A stretch of DNA of 64,000 nt, taken from assembly GCA_030141605.1 (NCBI GenBank), contig JAQGDQ010000234.1:62001-126000 (forward strand), written 5' to 3'. The position numbers were made by a program, and so were the translations under genes. Position 1 is the stretch's first letter, and every line of letters begins with the position of its first letter. Shown one piece after another: positions 33,786-48,700 of this stretch. The stretch comes from Tubiluchus corallicola (lineage: Eukaryota; Animalia; Priapulida). The notes under the pieces are model-generated. The model made no database searches. It saw only the letters and a program-made list of their open reading frames with translations, and had not been told where the DNA came from.

Positions 33786-36708
33786 AATAGGAGCATCCCA
33801 TTCCACATGTTTTTGAGTCAATTACCTGATTGATTCTATTAAATGTGTCTTATAAATGGCACCCACCGCACTACAATTACTTACTCTGACACTGAGGAAA
33901 TTTCTTAAGTTCACACTGAATTTCAGCTACTGGAAATGGACATAACGACTGAAAAAACAACAAAATAAAAAATAAGTACCAGGAATATAGTTTGTTTTAA
34001 GCAAAGCCAAAAAGTAATACAACTTTACTGATACTAGAGTATCAAAAGTTCAAAAGGTAAAGTGTGCTGATATTAGCTTTTTGCACAATCACAAAATATC
34101 AATGCTAACAGCTTTATTTAATATAGTATATAGAGAACTATACTATTTGCGTATTACAACTTCACAATATACTCTTGCCATACTTTTGACTCAGAAGTGA
34201 CCATTTTGATTTTTTCAAAAGACAACATATGCTACAAAGTATGTTGTCGACCTCTAACTAGTATCACTAATAAGAACAATTTCTAATAACTATGAAATTT
34301 AAACCTATAGAGATAGCCTAAATAGTAGTGCCGCATCATAAAATATCATGTAATTAATTTTCCCACCACATTGTGAGTCTGTAAAATTTGTAAATAATAA
34401 AATGCCTTGCTACGTTTTTTTATACAACCCCAATAATTGTACTAACCTTCATAAATAATTTACAAATGATTTTATTTAAAATAGTTGTTAAGTACTTATT
34501 ACTTTAAATTATTTTTACTTAAAATTCTTTATTTACATAAAAAGGGAGATAAACTTTTGTTGTGAAAAGTGAACTTTAAAAACAGACAGCCAAAAATTCA
34601 AAGTTAAGATAACGAAGTATCACTAGTCGCAGTAAAATAACAGACACGAATTTAGAAATTCAGGCTTTCATCTCCTTTTGCACAGACCTATAACAAAATT
34701 TAATCAGCAAATTGAATGTCTAAAATTAATACAATACAATTAAAAAGTTATATAATTGCCATTTAAAAATGTGATATCAATCCGAAATGCAAAATATATA
34801 ACATTTGTAGAGTTAAGGCTGCACTTCACAGTTCGCAGTGATATACAAATATATACGCGACTTCAAAATCTCACCTCTATTCTAATTATAGCAGTGTCTG
34901 TAGCACCAACAGTATCTCTATATTTCTGCAATGCATAAAAGTGCTTTCCACTGCAGAATATAATCTTCTTCACACTGTTTTTGTCGCTGACTCCATCATC
35001 AGATATCACAGGCAAAAAATGTGTTCCCGGCTCCATGTCACTTAATTTAGATGTTGCAGCTGGCAGTCGAAGCATTAGTTTGGGAGAAAACACAACTAGA
35101 GGTTTACGATAGTTTCTTAGCATCTGCAAGCATAACGAAAGTCTTTGCAGTTTTTCTCATACCTTGCTAATTATACTGCTTATTACAAACCATGTAATAT
35201 TCATATCAGTGTGGGAAAGCTTTCAGTAAAAAAGTAGCTAACTATAAGTTACTTTCTTTTTTTCAAAAGTAGTCAGTTGCAGTTGAAACCACTTGGAAAA
35301 CTACCTAGCTATAAAAAAAAGCTAAAACACTGGGCAAGTCTTGTAGGGCTGTTTTATGGTTTCATGGAAGCCGACTGTTATTAAGGAAAATAAGTTACAA
35401 ACAATGAACATAAAAATCTTGTAAATGTATTTAAGGTCAAGTGAAATTTTATTTTTTTCACGTTCAATCTTTTTAATTTTGTTATTACATGGCAAAAAAT
35501 TCGCATTTCGAATTTCATTTGCCAAGGCAGTTTGTAAAACTTGGCCCTTTTGTCAAAACTGAACTAGCTATAATTAACCTGGCAGAAAACACCGCTACAA
35601 CACAAATGAAGCAGTCAGGGGAAGCAGACATTTTAAAACTGGAATGGTTGCTCACTGTTCACAGATCCATGATGTGCATATGATAAGTGTTCTAACGCGT
35701 GTACAATCATGCAGTACAGCATGCAGCTTTGTGCTGAACAGTGACTGTTCCATGCTGGAATGCAGTCAGAGCTAAAAATCCTTTCATTTATAAAATAAAG
35801 AATTAATAGCAGCAGTAGCACCCATCTTAGTGGAATTAATGTAATAAAACACCAACACTGTACGGTATTATGGTTTCTCATTGATTGGAATATGTTTGCC
35901 ATTTATGGCATCTTCAGCTACAGAACGATAGAAAACAGCTGAATTAGTAAGAAAAAGGTGGGAATAACAATGTGCTACGTATTATACACCAAAATGGCAT
36001 CAAAATAATATAAATTAACTTACCAAAGACAATTAATATCAAGTAACAAGTGATAAGAACACAAATAACAAGGCACAGGGAGTGGCCATTATGAGCTACA
36101 AAAGCAACAGCTGGCAAGCTGATGTTTTTCTTACTAATTTTGACAGTTTATCCCATTCTATAGTTGAAGGTACATTAAATGGTAAAAATACACCAATCAG
36201 TGGGAAACCACAATACAGTATTGATGTTTATTATGCAAAAGGATTTATGGTTCTGATAAAGTCATTACAGGCACATTGGCCTTAAGAAAATCAGCCTAGC
36301 ATAACAGTTGTTAGTGTAGATGTTTGAGTGTTGATGCCATTGTTGCTCGAATAAATTCATTCTAAACGTAGCATTCTTGGAGCCTATGTGGTGTAAAAAG
36401 TAGTTTACAATTAAAGCAAGCACTATGGTATAAAACTGAATTAGTGTGCTATAGTTATTTTAATTAACTACAGCAGTGCTGTTACTCAATATTGATTCAC
36501 ACAGCCATAGCTAAGAGGCAGAAAGAGAAATTACTAACTGGCTTAATTTTTTTAAAAAAAGACTAGATGTAAATCAGCTAATTCGAAACTGCTAATTAAA
36601 CATACCTCAAAAACATAAAATTGGCAAATTAATTATAATTCACAGAGCAACAATTCTAAAAATATCATTGATTAATGTGTGTCAAACCATAATGTGTGTA
36701 AAAATATA

Positions 36709-36749
<41 letters not shown>

Positions 36750-39700
36750 TCTGTACTAGAGCAATAACTATAAAATTGCAATTTAACTAAACGATAAAAA
36801 CATCTACTTATTAGCAAGTAACCAGAAAAGAAGGATTTCATTCTAAAATTACTATAAGCTGAAGCATACACACCTGACGCCTAAGTAGATGAAAATATTG
36901 CGCTGGTGTCGTTGGATTCACAATGTGCATGTTAACATGATCACCATCTACCTCGTTCTCTTTACTGTCAGTTAACTGCAGAAATCGTTCAATCCTAGCA
37001 GAAGAATGTTCAGGTCCGGCGCCATCATAACCGTGAGGAAGAAGCATGACAATTCCACTCTGCAGCAACCATTTCACTTTAAACAAAAGAACAGGAATAA
37101 AAAAGCTGCCTTATGTCTATCACGTATTTATGACTTTTGTAGTTTGTGATTCAATCAACACTTCACAGATATCCATATGTGATAGAATTGTCATTAACTG
37201 TTTGAGTTACTGATTCAGTAACACGTAATCCAGCATGTGCGAATACGATGCCGGCAATTTCAGTTGCCTAGATAGCTGCTTCAAAGATCAAATGATACCT
37301 CATTTTCACTAGTAAATTCATCAAAAGAATTCTAGTTTTAACTTACTGACATGCTTAACATATTTTGACACCTCAAACCAGAATAATGCAGCTGTCTAAG
37401 AAAACTGTTAATAGTGGTGACATGACTTAAAAAGCAAATAGAAATACAAGTGCTTGCAGGCAGTACAGTACCATTTGTAAAAATAATTAGATTTTTAGCT
37501 AGGAATCTTTTAGCTCTTTTAAATTTTACCTTCACCAGAGGAGATACATGTATCGATGACAATTTGTGCACCGTTAAAGAAATCTCCAAACTGGGCTTCC
37601 CATATGCAGAGGCATTTAGGGTTATCTATACTAATGCCATATTCAAATGCTAACACTGCCTCTTCTGATAAAATACTATTGCACACCTAATAATGAAAAA
37701 TAAAAAACAATGTATAGAAACACAACAACTAGTGTACTAGTACCATTGAATAATTTGTATTACCATAACTGATTTTTAACACTGAATCTCCAACTCCAAG
37801 ACCTATCCCCAACTGGTGCTATAAGCTAGGCTGCCAACTTCTCACGATGCCTGAGTTTAGTCTTTAATCTTGATAACATGGCTTTTAGAATGAACCATCC
37901 ATTCAATATCATTGATTCTCCACTATAATCTGTCCCCTATCTGGTACAATATATCGCCGCTCAAATGTGGCCGAAACATATAGTTCTTTAATTATACCCT
38001 TTGCAGTTTGTGTTAATTCACATGCATTGCTGGTTACAAGCCTACCCTAAAGTCTAGAATTAGTTGAAGGTAATTAGCCACTGTAAAACTAAAGACACTA
38101 GTACATAATATATTAGCGAAACACTCAAATGATTATAAAAATTGTAAACATACCATTCATTTTTTTAAGATAAACAGATTTCTTCATTTTCACACTTAAA
38201 ACATTGTTAAAGAAAAGGAAAGATTCTTGCCTCTAAAAAATTTTTCTGATCTGCAGAGATTTCGTTCAGAGGTATATATGGTTCACCAGAATCTTGATCA
38301 ATCATCATCGCATGCCTGTGATTAAATGTTCCTCGCCCAACATCTTGACCGGCTATTCTAATGTTATAACCTAGAGATGAAAAAATCAGTAATTATTAGT
38401 TTTCCGGTTTATCTTGTAACAGGCATAGTTGCAATGCTCTTGATGCGGCAACACTAATTAGAACACTACAAGGGAAGAAAGAGATTCTAAACTCAAGGAC
38501 TTGACAAGCCACACAAGACAAAACTAAAAACTCTTAGAATGAATGTCAGTCAGCTAGTTTGCAGTCATATTTTCAAAAGAAGTCATTAAGGAAAAAAGGA
38601 GAAACAACTGCTAAAAATATTTGTGCGTCAAAACAAGCAACTAAAAGTTAATAAGATGTAGTTAAGTTATTCTAATAACAACATTCAAATTAGTTTGTCA
38701 TATTTTGGTATGATTTGTTTTACAGATAAAACGTAATAAAGCTACTCAAACATGAATTTTTTTGACTTTGGGCATCATGAAGTAGTAGTCTCTCACAATC
38801 GCTTAGTATCACTTTGTACATATGCTTATTTCTTTCAAGGGATTCTAAAAGGTAAAACAACTCGAGTTCAGAACATTAGTCCAGTCTTGCTAAAGTTATT
38901 TAATCAAAAATTTTTAAGCGATGTGCTTCGACACAAAACTGCACCATCACTGGTACTTTTTCCTCATTGTGCATAAGCTGTTTTCCTCATCGTGCATAAG
39001 CTGTAACCATATTTCTCTCTCATTGTTTGGCCAGGGACTACTAAATACAAAGAATGGGGTCAACACACTCACTGTTTGTAGGAAACAGTTTGTAAATTGG
39101 CTGTTAAAAAAACGATACATACAGTGAGCAACAGCAAAACAGAAAATAGTGGGATAATTTTAGCAATGTGTAGAGTTACAAAGCTTTGACTTTTTCTACT
39201 GTGGTTCATCTTTTGCACACTTTTCATATTCTTAACTATTACCATTTTGCCACTAAGAAGATTCATACAAGCCTTTGTCATGTAATAATGCAAACAAACT
39301 CCTGTCAACCAGCCTCTGCTGTGTTTGCATTATTTTTAGTATAATCTAACTTAAATACAACCTGCAATCTATGAGGCTATTAACTAAAGTAGTCTGGATT
39401 TGAGAAAATAGTTATCACACTTAGGTGAAGTTTCTAAATTTGCTTGTTCTTTTGATTATGTTCAAATCTCAGACTCTAATGTTGAGATAATCTGGCAGGT
39501 AAATTTAGGCCACTTCAATTAAGGCAATTAGCAGTTGTTATGCTCTGAATTCACTTGTTTTCTAATTAAATCAATGTTATAATTATATAATATCTAGCTT
39601 TTCATTAGAATTGAAATTGGTTGTGAATGCTTTTTATCTGGTATCCATTGAAATTAATACAAATGTCAGATCGTTTATTCTAGCTTCACATCTGAAACTG

Positions 39701-42700
39701 TATTAAGTAAAAAATTAAGAAGATATATATGGAAGAATTTCCTGTTATTAGTCTCGGCACTTCCAGCATCAGGTTCTTGATAAAATTAAGTACATAACAG
39801 AAAATAATAGTCAGTTGGTCATTGATCATTAATTCCCAAGAAAATATGACAATGTTAAAAACATTCAAACACATGCGACATGAAATTTAAAAGACATGGA
39901 AAACATAAAATACTTTTATTATTAAGTCAAGTTTACTAGCACAAAATAAACTGAAAATTATTAAACTAGTAACGCTTCTTTTTTTTGACTGTTGACTTTA
40001 AATCATTTTATTTTGTCTTCTCTTTCGTCTAAGAATACTTTTTATATAAAATTGTGGCTGCTAAGTTTATTTAACTCCGCAGCCTCGAAAAACTAGTTTT
40101 AATTTGAGCACCTGAAATTGAGACCTTACGCGGTCATAGTGTTCTATAAGTGAAGCTTGAGCTATTTATATGGTTAGCTGCTAAAACTGCTTGTGGTTTG
40201 TTAGCCATATTGTACTATAGCAATTGTATTAATCATGCATACTTATTTCACGGATTTTCTATACACTGGAGGTTTATTTTCTTTAAGGTGTAGTGGCCAA
40301 GTGGTACGTGGCTGGTTGCTTGGCTGCCAAAACGGGGTTCTGGGTTTGAATACCACTCATATCAGAATTTTTTGAGCCATGTTCCACATGATCAGGACTT
40401 GCTGGCAACCTTCCTAGGTTTACTCAGCCATTATTAAGTACCCGGTCATGTACTGGAGAAAAAAAGGTGGCTGAATGATGAGTTAGCCAACTGTCCTCCT
40501 TGTGTGACAAGGTTATGAACATAAATACCATATCCATCTATCCCGATTAAGGCTTAGGGCTTAGGAGAATTATTTTTAAGCTTCTTCTTTACCTGATTAC
40601 CTTTTACTAGCATCAATTTTTCGAAGCAAAGTTGAAATAGAGTATGTGTAAATAATGACCTTGAGTTAACAATGAGCCAAAAGCTAATGCTTCTGCAGTA
40701 GCCCAGTCCAACCCTTCACCAGCTTGCAACTTCTTCAGTCGAACATCAACGTGAAACTTTTTCAGTGTATCATGCATTCTCTGTAAAATAAAGGATAAGA
40801 TGAATAGCCGAGAGGTCATAGTGTGTGCTTCAGGATCAAAGTTAAGCAATACTGTATATGGTCAGTAAGTGCGGTATGACAGCAGTGTTCAGTACTCAGA
40901 ACAGGTTTGGCTTCTCAAGAGATTAGAGACTAGAGACTCTGCATTAGTACCGATCTCACCTTGCCGAGATTATAGTTTTTTAAAGATCTCAAACACAGTA
41001 GTCATTCTCCGTGAGAGTCAAGATAATTGTGGTTATGAAACACTGACAAACACTTTTACCAATATACTCTTTCCGTAACAAGCAGAGGCTATAAAAATAA
41101 TTTTAAGTAATGTGAAACTTAACAATGTTAGACACGCATGGTCAGTGGGTTCCATAAATCAAAAATTTTGTGTTTGCTGCTATTAGTTACACAGCAGAAT
41201 GACTGTGCATATATGCAGGCTGCAGTGTCACATGCAGAAAAGATGCTAGTTTAATTTTCTAAAAATGAAGGCACAAGATAATTTTTGTATGCTGTTAATT
41301 AAAGACCTGTGTAGGCTGTAATGTTGTTGTCCAATGACTTCTTGTACATTCCTAACGTTTTTTCATACGTCAGTGCATAGTTTCCTAATTTTGATTCCAT
41401 AAATTTAAATAAGCTTGGAAATTGCAAACACTGGAGAAAAACTTACCAATTAGTATACAAATTAAACATAATATTGTTAATATCATATATAGTATTATAA
41501 TATGGTATCTAATATACATTTTGTATAATATGAAAAAACTGTTAAGTTGCTGCAGCTTACAAAATCATCTGGGCAACTGACAGACTTGGCTCCTATAAAA
41601 CGAAGTAGATCTGCATTAAGTCCTGTATCCCAAGTCTGAATGCTGTGTGGTGCTTGAACAAATCCAGACCAAACACCTTGCAAGTGTGTCGACTACAAAA
41701 CCACAATAAAAAAATCTAAAAAGTTTTAGATGTAAGAAAGCCACTAAATAAGAACAATATTAATGTTGTATTAAACCAGATTTGGTCAAATAGATAGAGA
41801 AATTTAAAGACACCATGAACTTCCTGCTTGAATTGTGGTTTTATCCTATTTTTCGTAAAACTGAGTATTCTCTGAGGCAAAGACAACGCCAAAAAACAAA
41901 GAGGATTTCAAAATCATATTAATGTCATCCATTCAGAAATTTTTTATAGACTAACCACATTTTTAGTGCTGGAATGTTTTATCAATTATCAAAAAAAAAA
42001 TTGTTTTACCCACTTCAGATCATTTTAATACAAGGTAAATCTTTTAAAAACGTCTTATAATATCTATTCAGTTACTCACAAGAGGTTTGTATGACTCAAT
42101 CCTGTCTAACTCGTCAGTCAACTCTTTAAAGTAATCACTTTGCACTGCCGCCACCTCCTCTTTTGTCACAATTCCTTCTTCCTGAACACATAAACAAAAT
42201 AACAGCCTTACTTTAAGCATGCATTAAGCATTTGTGAAACATTGTTAAAGCATAAAGCATTTACGAAATATTGTTAAATTGTATTAAACCTAATTGTCCT
42301 GTCGCAATTTCAAATAGACGCAAGTTAATCAAGCGATAAGATAACATCCTAAAAGTGAAAAGTTCAATATTATATTAACTTACACACAGTTTAGCTGCAT
42401 ACATGTCCGGTACACTCTTTCGGGCGTTAATAATCTGGTACATTGTTGGATTTGTAAATGAAGGATCGTCTAGCTCATTGTGACCCCAGCGACGCCAACA
42501 AAACAAATCTACTATTACGTCCTTACGAAACAGCTGTCTGTAAGACATTGCTATTCTGCAAGCTCGCATAACATCCTGATGTAGCCAAAAGAAAGAAAAT
42601 TGTCAAATTTGGAATTTACCAAATGTTGCAGAGCCTTCTGAACAAAAATATTCTGGGTAATAACAGAATTTGCAAATTTATATAAATAGTTGCACTTTGA

Positions 42701-45700
42701 AGATTCGAGTTATGATATTATTTTTTAAGAAAGGTTATAAGTGAGACTTACTCAAGGAAAAAATCCTGAGATGAAACAATGAAATGCCTATTGTTGGAAC
42801 TGCACACTATACAATAATGATTAAATTGCATCGAGGCCAGTAAAACTTTTGAGTGGTTATAGTGTTAGCTACAATGTTAAACAACGTCAGACGCAATTAG
42901 CAAATGAATGTATGAATGCATAAACTCATACACAAGAGAAATAGCCAAAAATAGCATCCCTCAACAATTTCTCTCGCATCAATGCACATTACCAATTTTT
43001 GAACTGCATAAGAAGACTCACTAACTATGCTGTTGCAAAATAAAAAAAAGATTTTATTTGTATGGAGATATTTAATTTTCAGTAATCAGGCAGTTAATAC
43101 TATTGTATGCAGTTAGCAAAAAGGTCTTATAAGTGCTAGATATTGTACTGTGTTGCCACATTACACATTAAACTAAAGGGAGACTACATAACATAATTTA
43201 CCTCGGGACAATCACCATTTACATGTATCACAGGACAATCAACAATCTTCCCTACATCACTGCTGTACAATGATGATCTAGAGAGCAAAACATAATAATA
43301 AAATAAAATAAGATTGAAACTTTTAAAATGTGAAATAGATAGCAGGCCTCCTTACTATTGAAACAACTGAAGTTAAGTATTTAATTTGTAGTAAAACAAT
43401 GAAACAAACCTCCTAGCAGCAACCTTTTTTTACTAAAGAAGCGAATTTCATCAAATATCGAAAGCAAAAGTTTTTTACGTGAAATGAATTTAATGCTGAA
43501 TCCATGTCTGGATTTCTAAAATTGAATGAAAGAAAAATAAAAATTACACGTCAATTAAATTTTATTAATGCAAGTATTCAAAAGTTTGTTTCAAAAGCAA
43601 AATCTCGGAATAATATTAGTTGGTTTGCTGTGCTGACAGTTAATTAACAATATGGAAAATCTGGACCGGACCTGCCTTTTTCTCCTGGTGTTGTAAAGCC
43701 TAACTGGTTGTTAGTAATGAGATGGAGACTACCACCTGCATGGTAGTGAGCTGCCATTGATAAAGCAAACGTCTCGGCAGTGACGCCCTGTAAGCAGTTA
43801 TGTGTGCAATAAGAAACATTGGAGTATGTAAAAAGATTTGCAGAAATGTTACTTCATTGTTACTTAAGTATATGATCTACAGCTACATGAATTATTTTTA
43901 TAGTGTGCATGACTACAAGTGATGCATGCTAACAAATTCACTAATAATTAATTTAGCAGAATACAAGTCATTCACAACTATTTTTTTATCATCCATCGCT
44001 TTAAAATTCATGTAAGAGCTTTGAAAAGTACAAAGTTAAAAAGAAAGTTATCCATGAAGAAAATTAACAAATATAAAACAAAGTTCACAATCCTATTACC
44101 AAATGGAAACAGTTGCAAATGCAAAAATATCTGCAGGTTCCATAATCACTTGAAAAGGTACAAGTCTACAGGTAAAGGCACACTTTACACCTCATCAGTT
44201 GTATGTTTAAATACTTATGTTAAGAACATCAACAATTTAGTTTGTGGCAAAATGTAAGTCATACCTGTGCAGAGAAGGCAGCATCACCGTGTATTTGAAA
44301 AGGTATGACTTTATCTCCCTGGTGACAGGTGCCACTCATGTTATAATCACCTGTTACCTTGCGTAAATGTTTGCTCCGTGCTTTACCTACACATACTGGA
44401 TTGATGGTCTAAAAATGACATTAATAATCTGTGATTACTTATCTGTTAGATAAATTTAAAAGCCAAAAACATTACACTTCACTGAAATTGGAACCCTAGG
44501 TATTTTACATTCCAAGCAGGTATGCTGAGAAATACAGCATAAGCAGCTTCTAGCAACTAACACAAGGAAAATTTGTCACTAGGTCACTACTGACACAAAT
44601 TTAAGTTAAAATGGCTATCATGCTATGTCTAGATTTTTTGATAATGGTAATGTATATTCAGTGATCAAATAATTACCAAAAATAATCAGCTGATTCGAAA
44701 TTAAGATAATAAATATACTTAGCACATATATTACACTGTCTCCACAAACTCCTCAATAAAATTTCAGCTTTAACAAGAATCGCTAATTACTAAAATTTAA
44801 AATTTATATACAAATAAAAAAGATTCATATAGAAGACTGGATTTTAGTAATGTCACTAATCTGTAGCAGCCTATTATCGCAGATGTAAGCCCAGATGTTT
44901 CTGCAGTATAGTCAGGTAAGTAGACCAAAGAAACTGATGGCCTGAGCAATCTTGCTAGCTGCAGGCAAGCCCTAATATCAAGCCCTAAACTTACCAAATT
45001 CAGAATTTCATTACAGCACTAAACCTGAGCACAAATAACAAGCTGCAATAGTAAAAAGAGGACTTGAGAATGAAAACTTTGTCTCTTTAAAGGTCCTATA
45101 ACACTATTTTTTATGTTATTTTCTTTTGAAGCATAGGCGGAATTACATATTTCCTAATTTTTAAAACAGTTTTGATGCATGCTTCTATGTGACTTAAATT
45201 AAGCGCCGTTGGTACTGTCACAAATATTATCGTCTGTCATGACACTCAGCGCTGTGACGTTAGGAAGTGGCAATTAACAGCCGCAGTACAGTAGATAGCC
45301 AGTGGCCCCAGCAAGCAGAGCACTGTGAACACTGAACAGAGCGGTTATTGCTGAGTAATGATTTTATCTATTAATAAAAATGTTTCTTATGATAGTATTT
45401 ATCTATTTATAGCAAATAAACTTATAAGAATCAGTTTTTATTTTACAAACCTGCAAGGAACAGCAAATTTATAGTAACAAACACAGTATGCAGAGCACTA
45501 TGGTGTTACTGTACCATTATTTAAACTGTATAGGCTGTGTGAACAATAGGTGTGCCGAGTACTCCCGCGAATTAGATAAAGCTGCAAGTAAGCTGCTAGC
45601 CACTATTTTGGACTAGATGCACAGTAAGGTAAGGTAATAATTAACCTTTGTAACTAAATTTCATGAAACTATATTTAGTCAAGGTTAGCAGTAAGACATT

Positions 45701-48700
45701 TCAATCCTACCAGTTTAACGGAAACTCCCAATTTTAATAACAATCTCCCTTTCTTCACATTTTGAAATATTTTTCCTCAACTTTTACACGATACTTCAAC
45801 ATCAAAATGGCACAAAACGCAATGCAGTGAGGATAGAACATGCTTTTCATTTGCCACAAAAAGAAACACCCATCTATCCTGTTAGGCATAGTGAAAAATG
45901 AAGCTTGTGCAGTTGCATGTAGAATAAAGGTGCTCGACTGCATCAAACTTATGTGCATGCCGATCAGCAGTCAAACTGTAGACTATGATAATACTTTTTA
46001 CTTAAATATTTAAAGCTTTTTCTCTAAAACCTCATTTGCACATTCGAGAAAAATGCCACAAAAGTTTTCCCAAGTGTCTAAAAATGTAGGCAGTGCTATT
46101 TTAATGTGTTAAAAAACTGTTGTCTGAAAGGCATTTCTTCTTAGTTTTCCGTTTTCTTTATACTTTTGAAGTTTGCATTAAGACAGACAGTATACCCGGT
46201 CTGCACAGGCTCAAAACGTCGGTAAAGCCCAGAGAACAAAATCATCAGATTCCATCATTATTGCCTTATTATCTAGTTCTTTTCTCTTCGATCGTACCTA
46301 AGAATCCGCTGTTATTTTTACAATTTTATATGCTGAAAAACATAAAAACGATCACTGTTTGTCAGAAGCATTGTCTGAACGGGACATCGGGCAAAAGATA
46401 ACTTGGCAGTGAGATATTTATAAAGCAGAAGTGATCAGAAAATGAACAAGAAAGCAGGCCAGTGCAAAATACCAGTGATGTCACGCTGAAACTGTTACAC
46501 GTATTAATATTTTTCCATCTATAAAATATAGTGCATTCAAGTAAGTGTGGACAAACCTATTATTTGAACTTAACATTAAAATACCAAAAAGCGAGTATCC
46601 CAGTCTCTTCATTACAGCTTGATTTTGCCCACATGTAAATACAGCAAGAGTCACACATGAGCAGTGTCACTCCTAACGTGATGTCACTTCTGCTTTCTTC
46701 CTGGATTTTTCGCTTTTCGCAAGATGTCTGTGCAGTACTAAGTTTGAAGTGTTTCACTGCTAACCAAACCGAAACGTGCAAGTTTATAAAAAAATAAAGC
46801 TGCTTTTTTGTATCAAGCTAATCAATAGTGAATTTTGACAGCAACTGTCTACCAGGGTGTCAGTGGACCTTTCAATTCTTATAATATCCAAGTAACAGAA
46901 CTGTGTCAATGAAACAATGAACAGATTGTTCATTTGTTTATACACTAGTTATTCACAGAAAACTGCTGGGTTCCATCAAAGTCACAACAATGGAGAAAAT
47001 TTGTGAAACTTACCTCCAAATGAGAAGGATTTGGCAGGAGAGTCACATGAACATTACTGTCTCCAAACTGAAGATCTTTCGATATTGCTAAAAGAAACGA
47101 GAAAAAGTGGTTATAAGTCTGGCTACAACAGATAACGTTTTTCGAAGATGGTAATGCATTTGTTATTAAATTTTTGATTGGTGTCTTCTGAATCTGAATG
47201 TACATACAGCAGTATTCCTTTAGGAATATTATTGCAGCGCGCATGCGTGGCAACGAAATAACACTCTCTAGTGTACATTTACACAAATCCTATGTTTTAA
47301 AACATTTGCAATCCTATGAAAGGTTGCTGCCTAGTTTCAGATTTGGACAATATGGGTTACAGTATTTCTATGATATTTGTTCCTAATCCAGATCAGTTGT
47401 CTCATGCTGAAAGGTAACAAGTTGATATTCACAACTACATTAAAACATAATTGGATTATTACTTACTGCATTCACATATTCACTAACAACTTTAATACCA
47501 ATGTTTGAATACCATAGAAAGTAAACTACATCGATGACTTTTTGTTAAAGGTGAAGAACATAACAGGTACCTAAGTGAGACAGAACATCTCCTGTTGTAT
47601 CGACATCTTCAGGAAATTCACAATAACCTCTCATCTATAAATGCAAAAACAAAACAAAGTTTAACAATGTCGTACAAAATGATTACATATAGATGCTTAT
47701 AAATGACTTAACAACAGCACCTCTGCACCGCACAACTTTTAGAAAAAACACAAACCAAAGTTGGTCCCACATGCATATGAACTGACAGTCCTACCTACCG
47801 ACACACATACATAACTGATAAAACTGACACAAAAAAGTTTAAATAAATAGCTATGTACAGCGTAGCAGTAAAATTTCATTAGTTAGTGACAATCATTGGA
47901 TCCTGTGAAAAAATTCCATTATCACCCCGTGGTAGAATATGCACTATTCACCTTACCTTGCGAAACATATTAGCAGCTGGATATCCCAGTAGACACTGCA
48001 GCAGATTTAATCGCCCTCGGTGTGCAATACATACTATGATATCCTCAATGCTTACTAAAAAACAAATTGTTTACTGCTGCAACTGAAATTACACAGCCTA
48101 GCAAAATAGTAATCTATTATTAATAACAGATATACAAACAAACTTACATTCAGCAGATACTGAAAGAGCCTCTTCGAAGAATGCCATGATGCCCTCACAG
48201 CCCTCTCCCCCATACCTCTTCACAGTTGAAAATTTTAAGTGCATAAACTTATCAAACGTCTGAAAACAAAAAAACAAACAAAACAGATTAGGAAAGTACA
48301 ATACACTGAAATGTAATACTATTAGCATATTTTTATCAGTTTTTTAGTCCAAATAACTTAGTATTGCCAAACGAGCTCAATTCACCTAAACACTATCCTT
48401 ATGTCATAGTTTAATAAACCCATTTAACTCCATCACGATGACGAATATTTGTGTAGTATTGACATCCCCATACAAAAATGCCCTTAACGGCCTAATTGCA
48501 TGAGTTACTAGTGCAAAACATACGATTTCTGAAAGAGAATAAATCTCCTTTCTAGCACTGCAAAAAAAATGCTTAGATTTTTTGTTTATTTGTATAATTA
48601 ATACGATGATACGAAAAATCTGTAAAATTTTCAAAGAATTTTTGTTTTAAAACCTTCTAATTTCCAAGTCATAGCTAAAGTCATATCCAAAACTGTTCAA

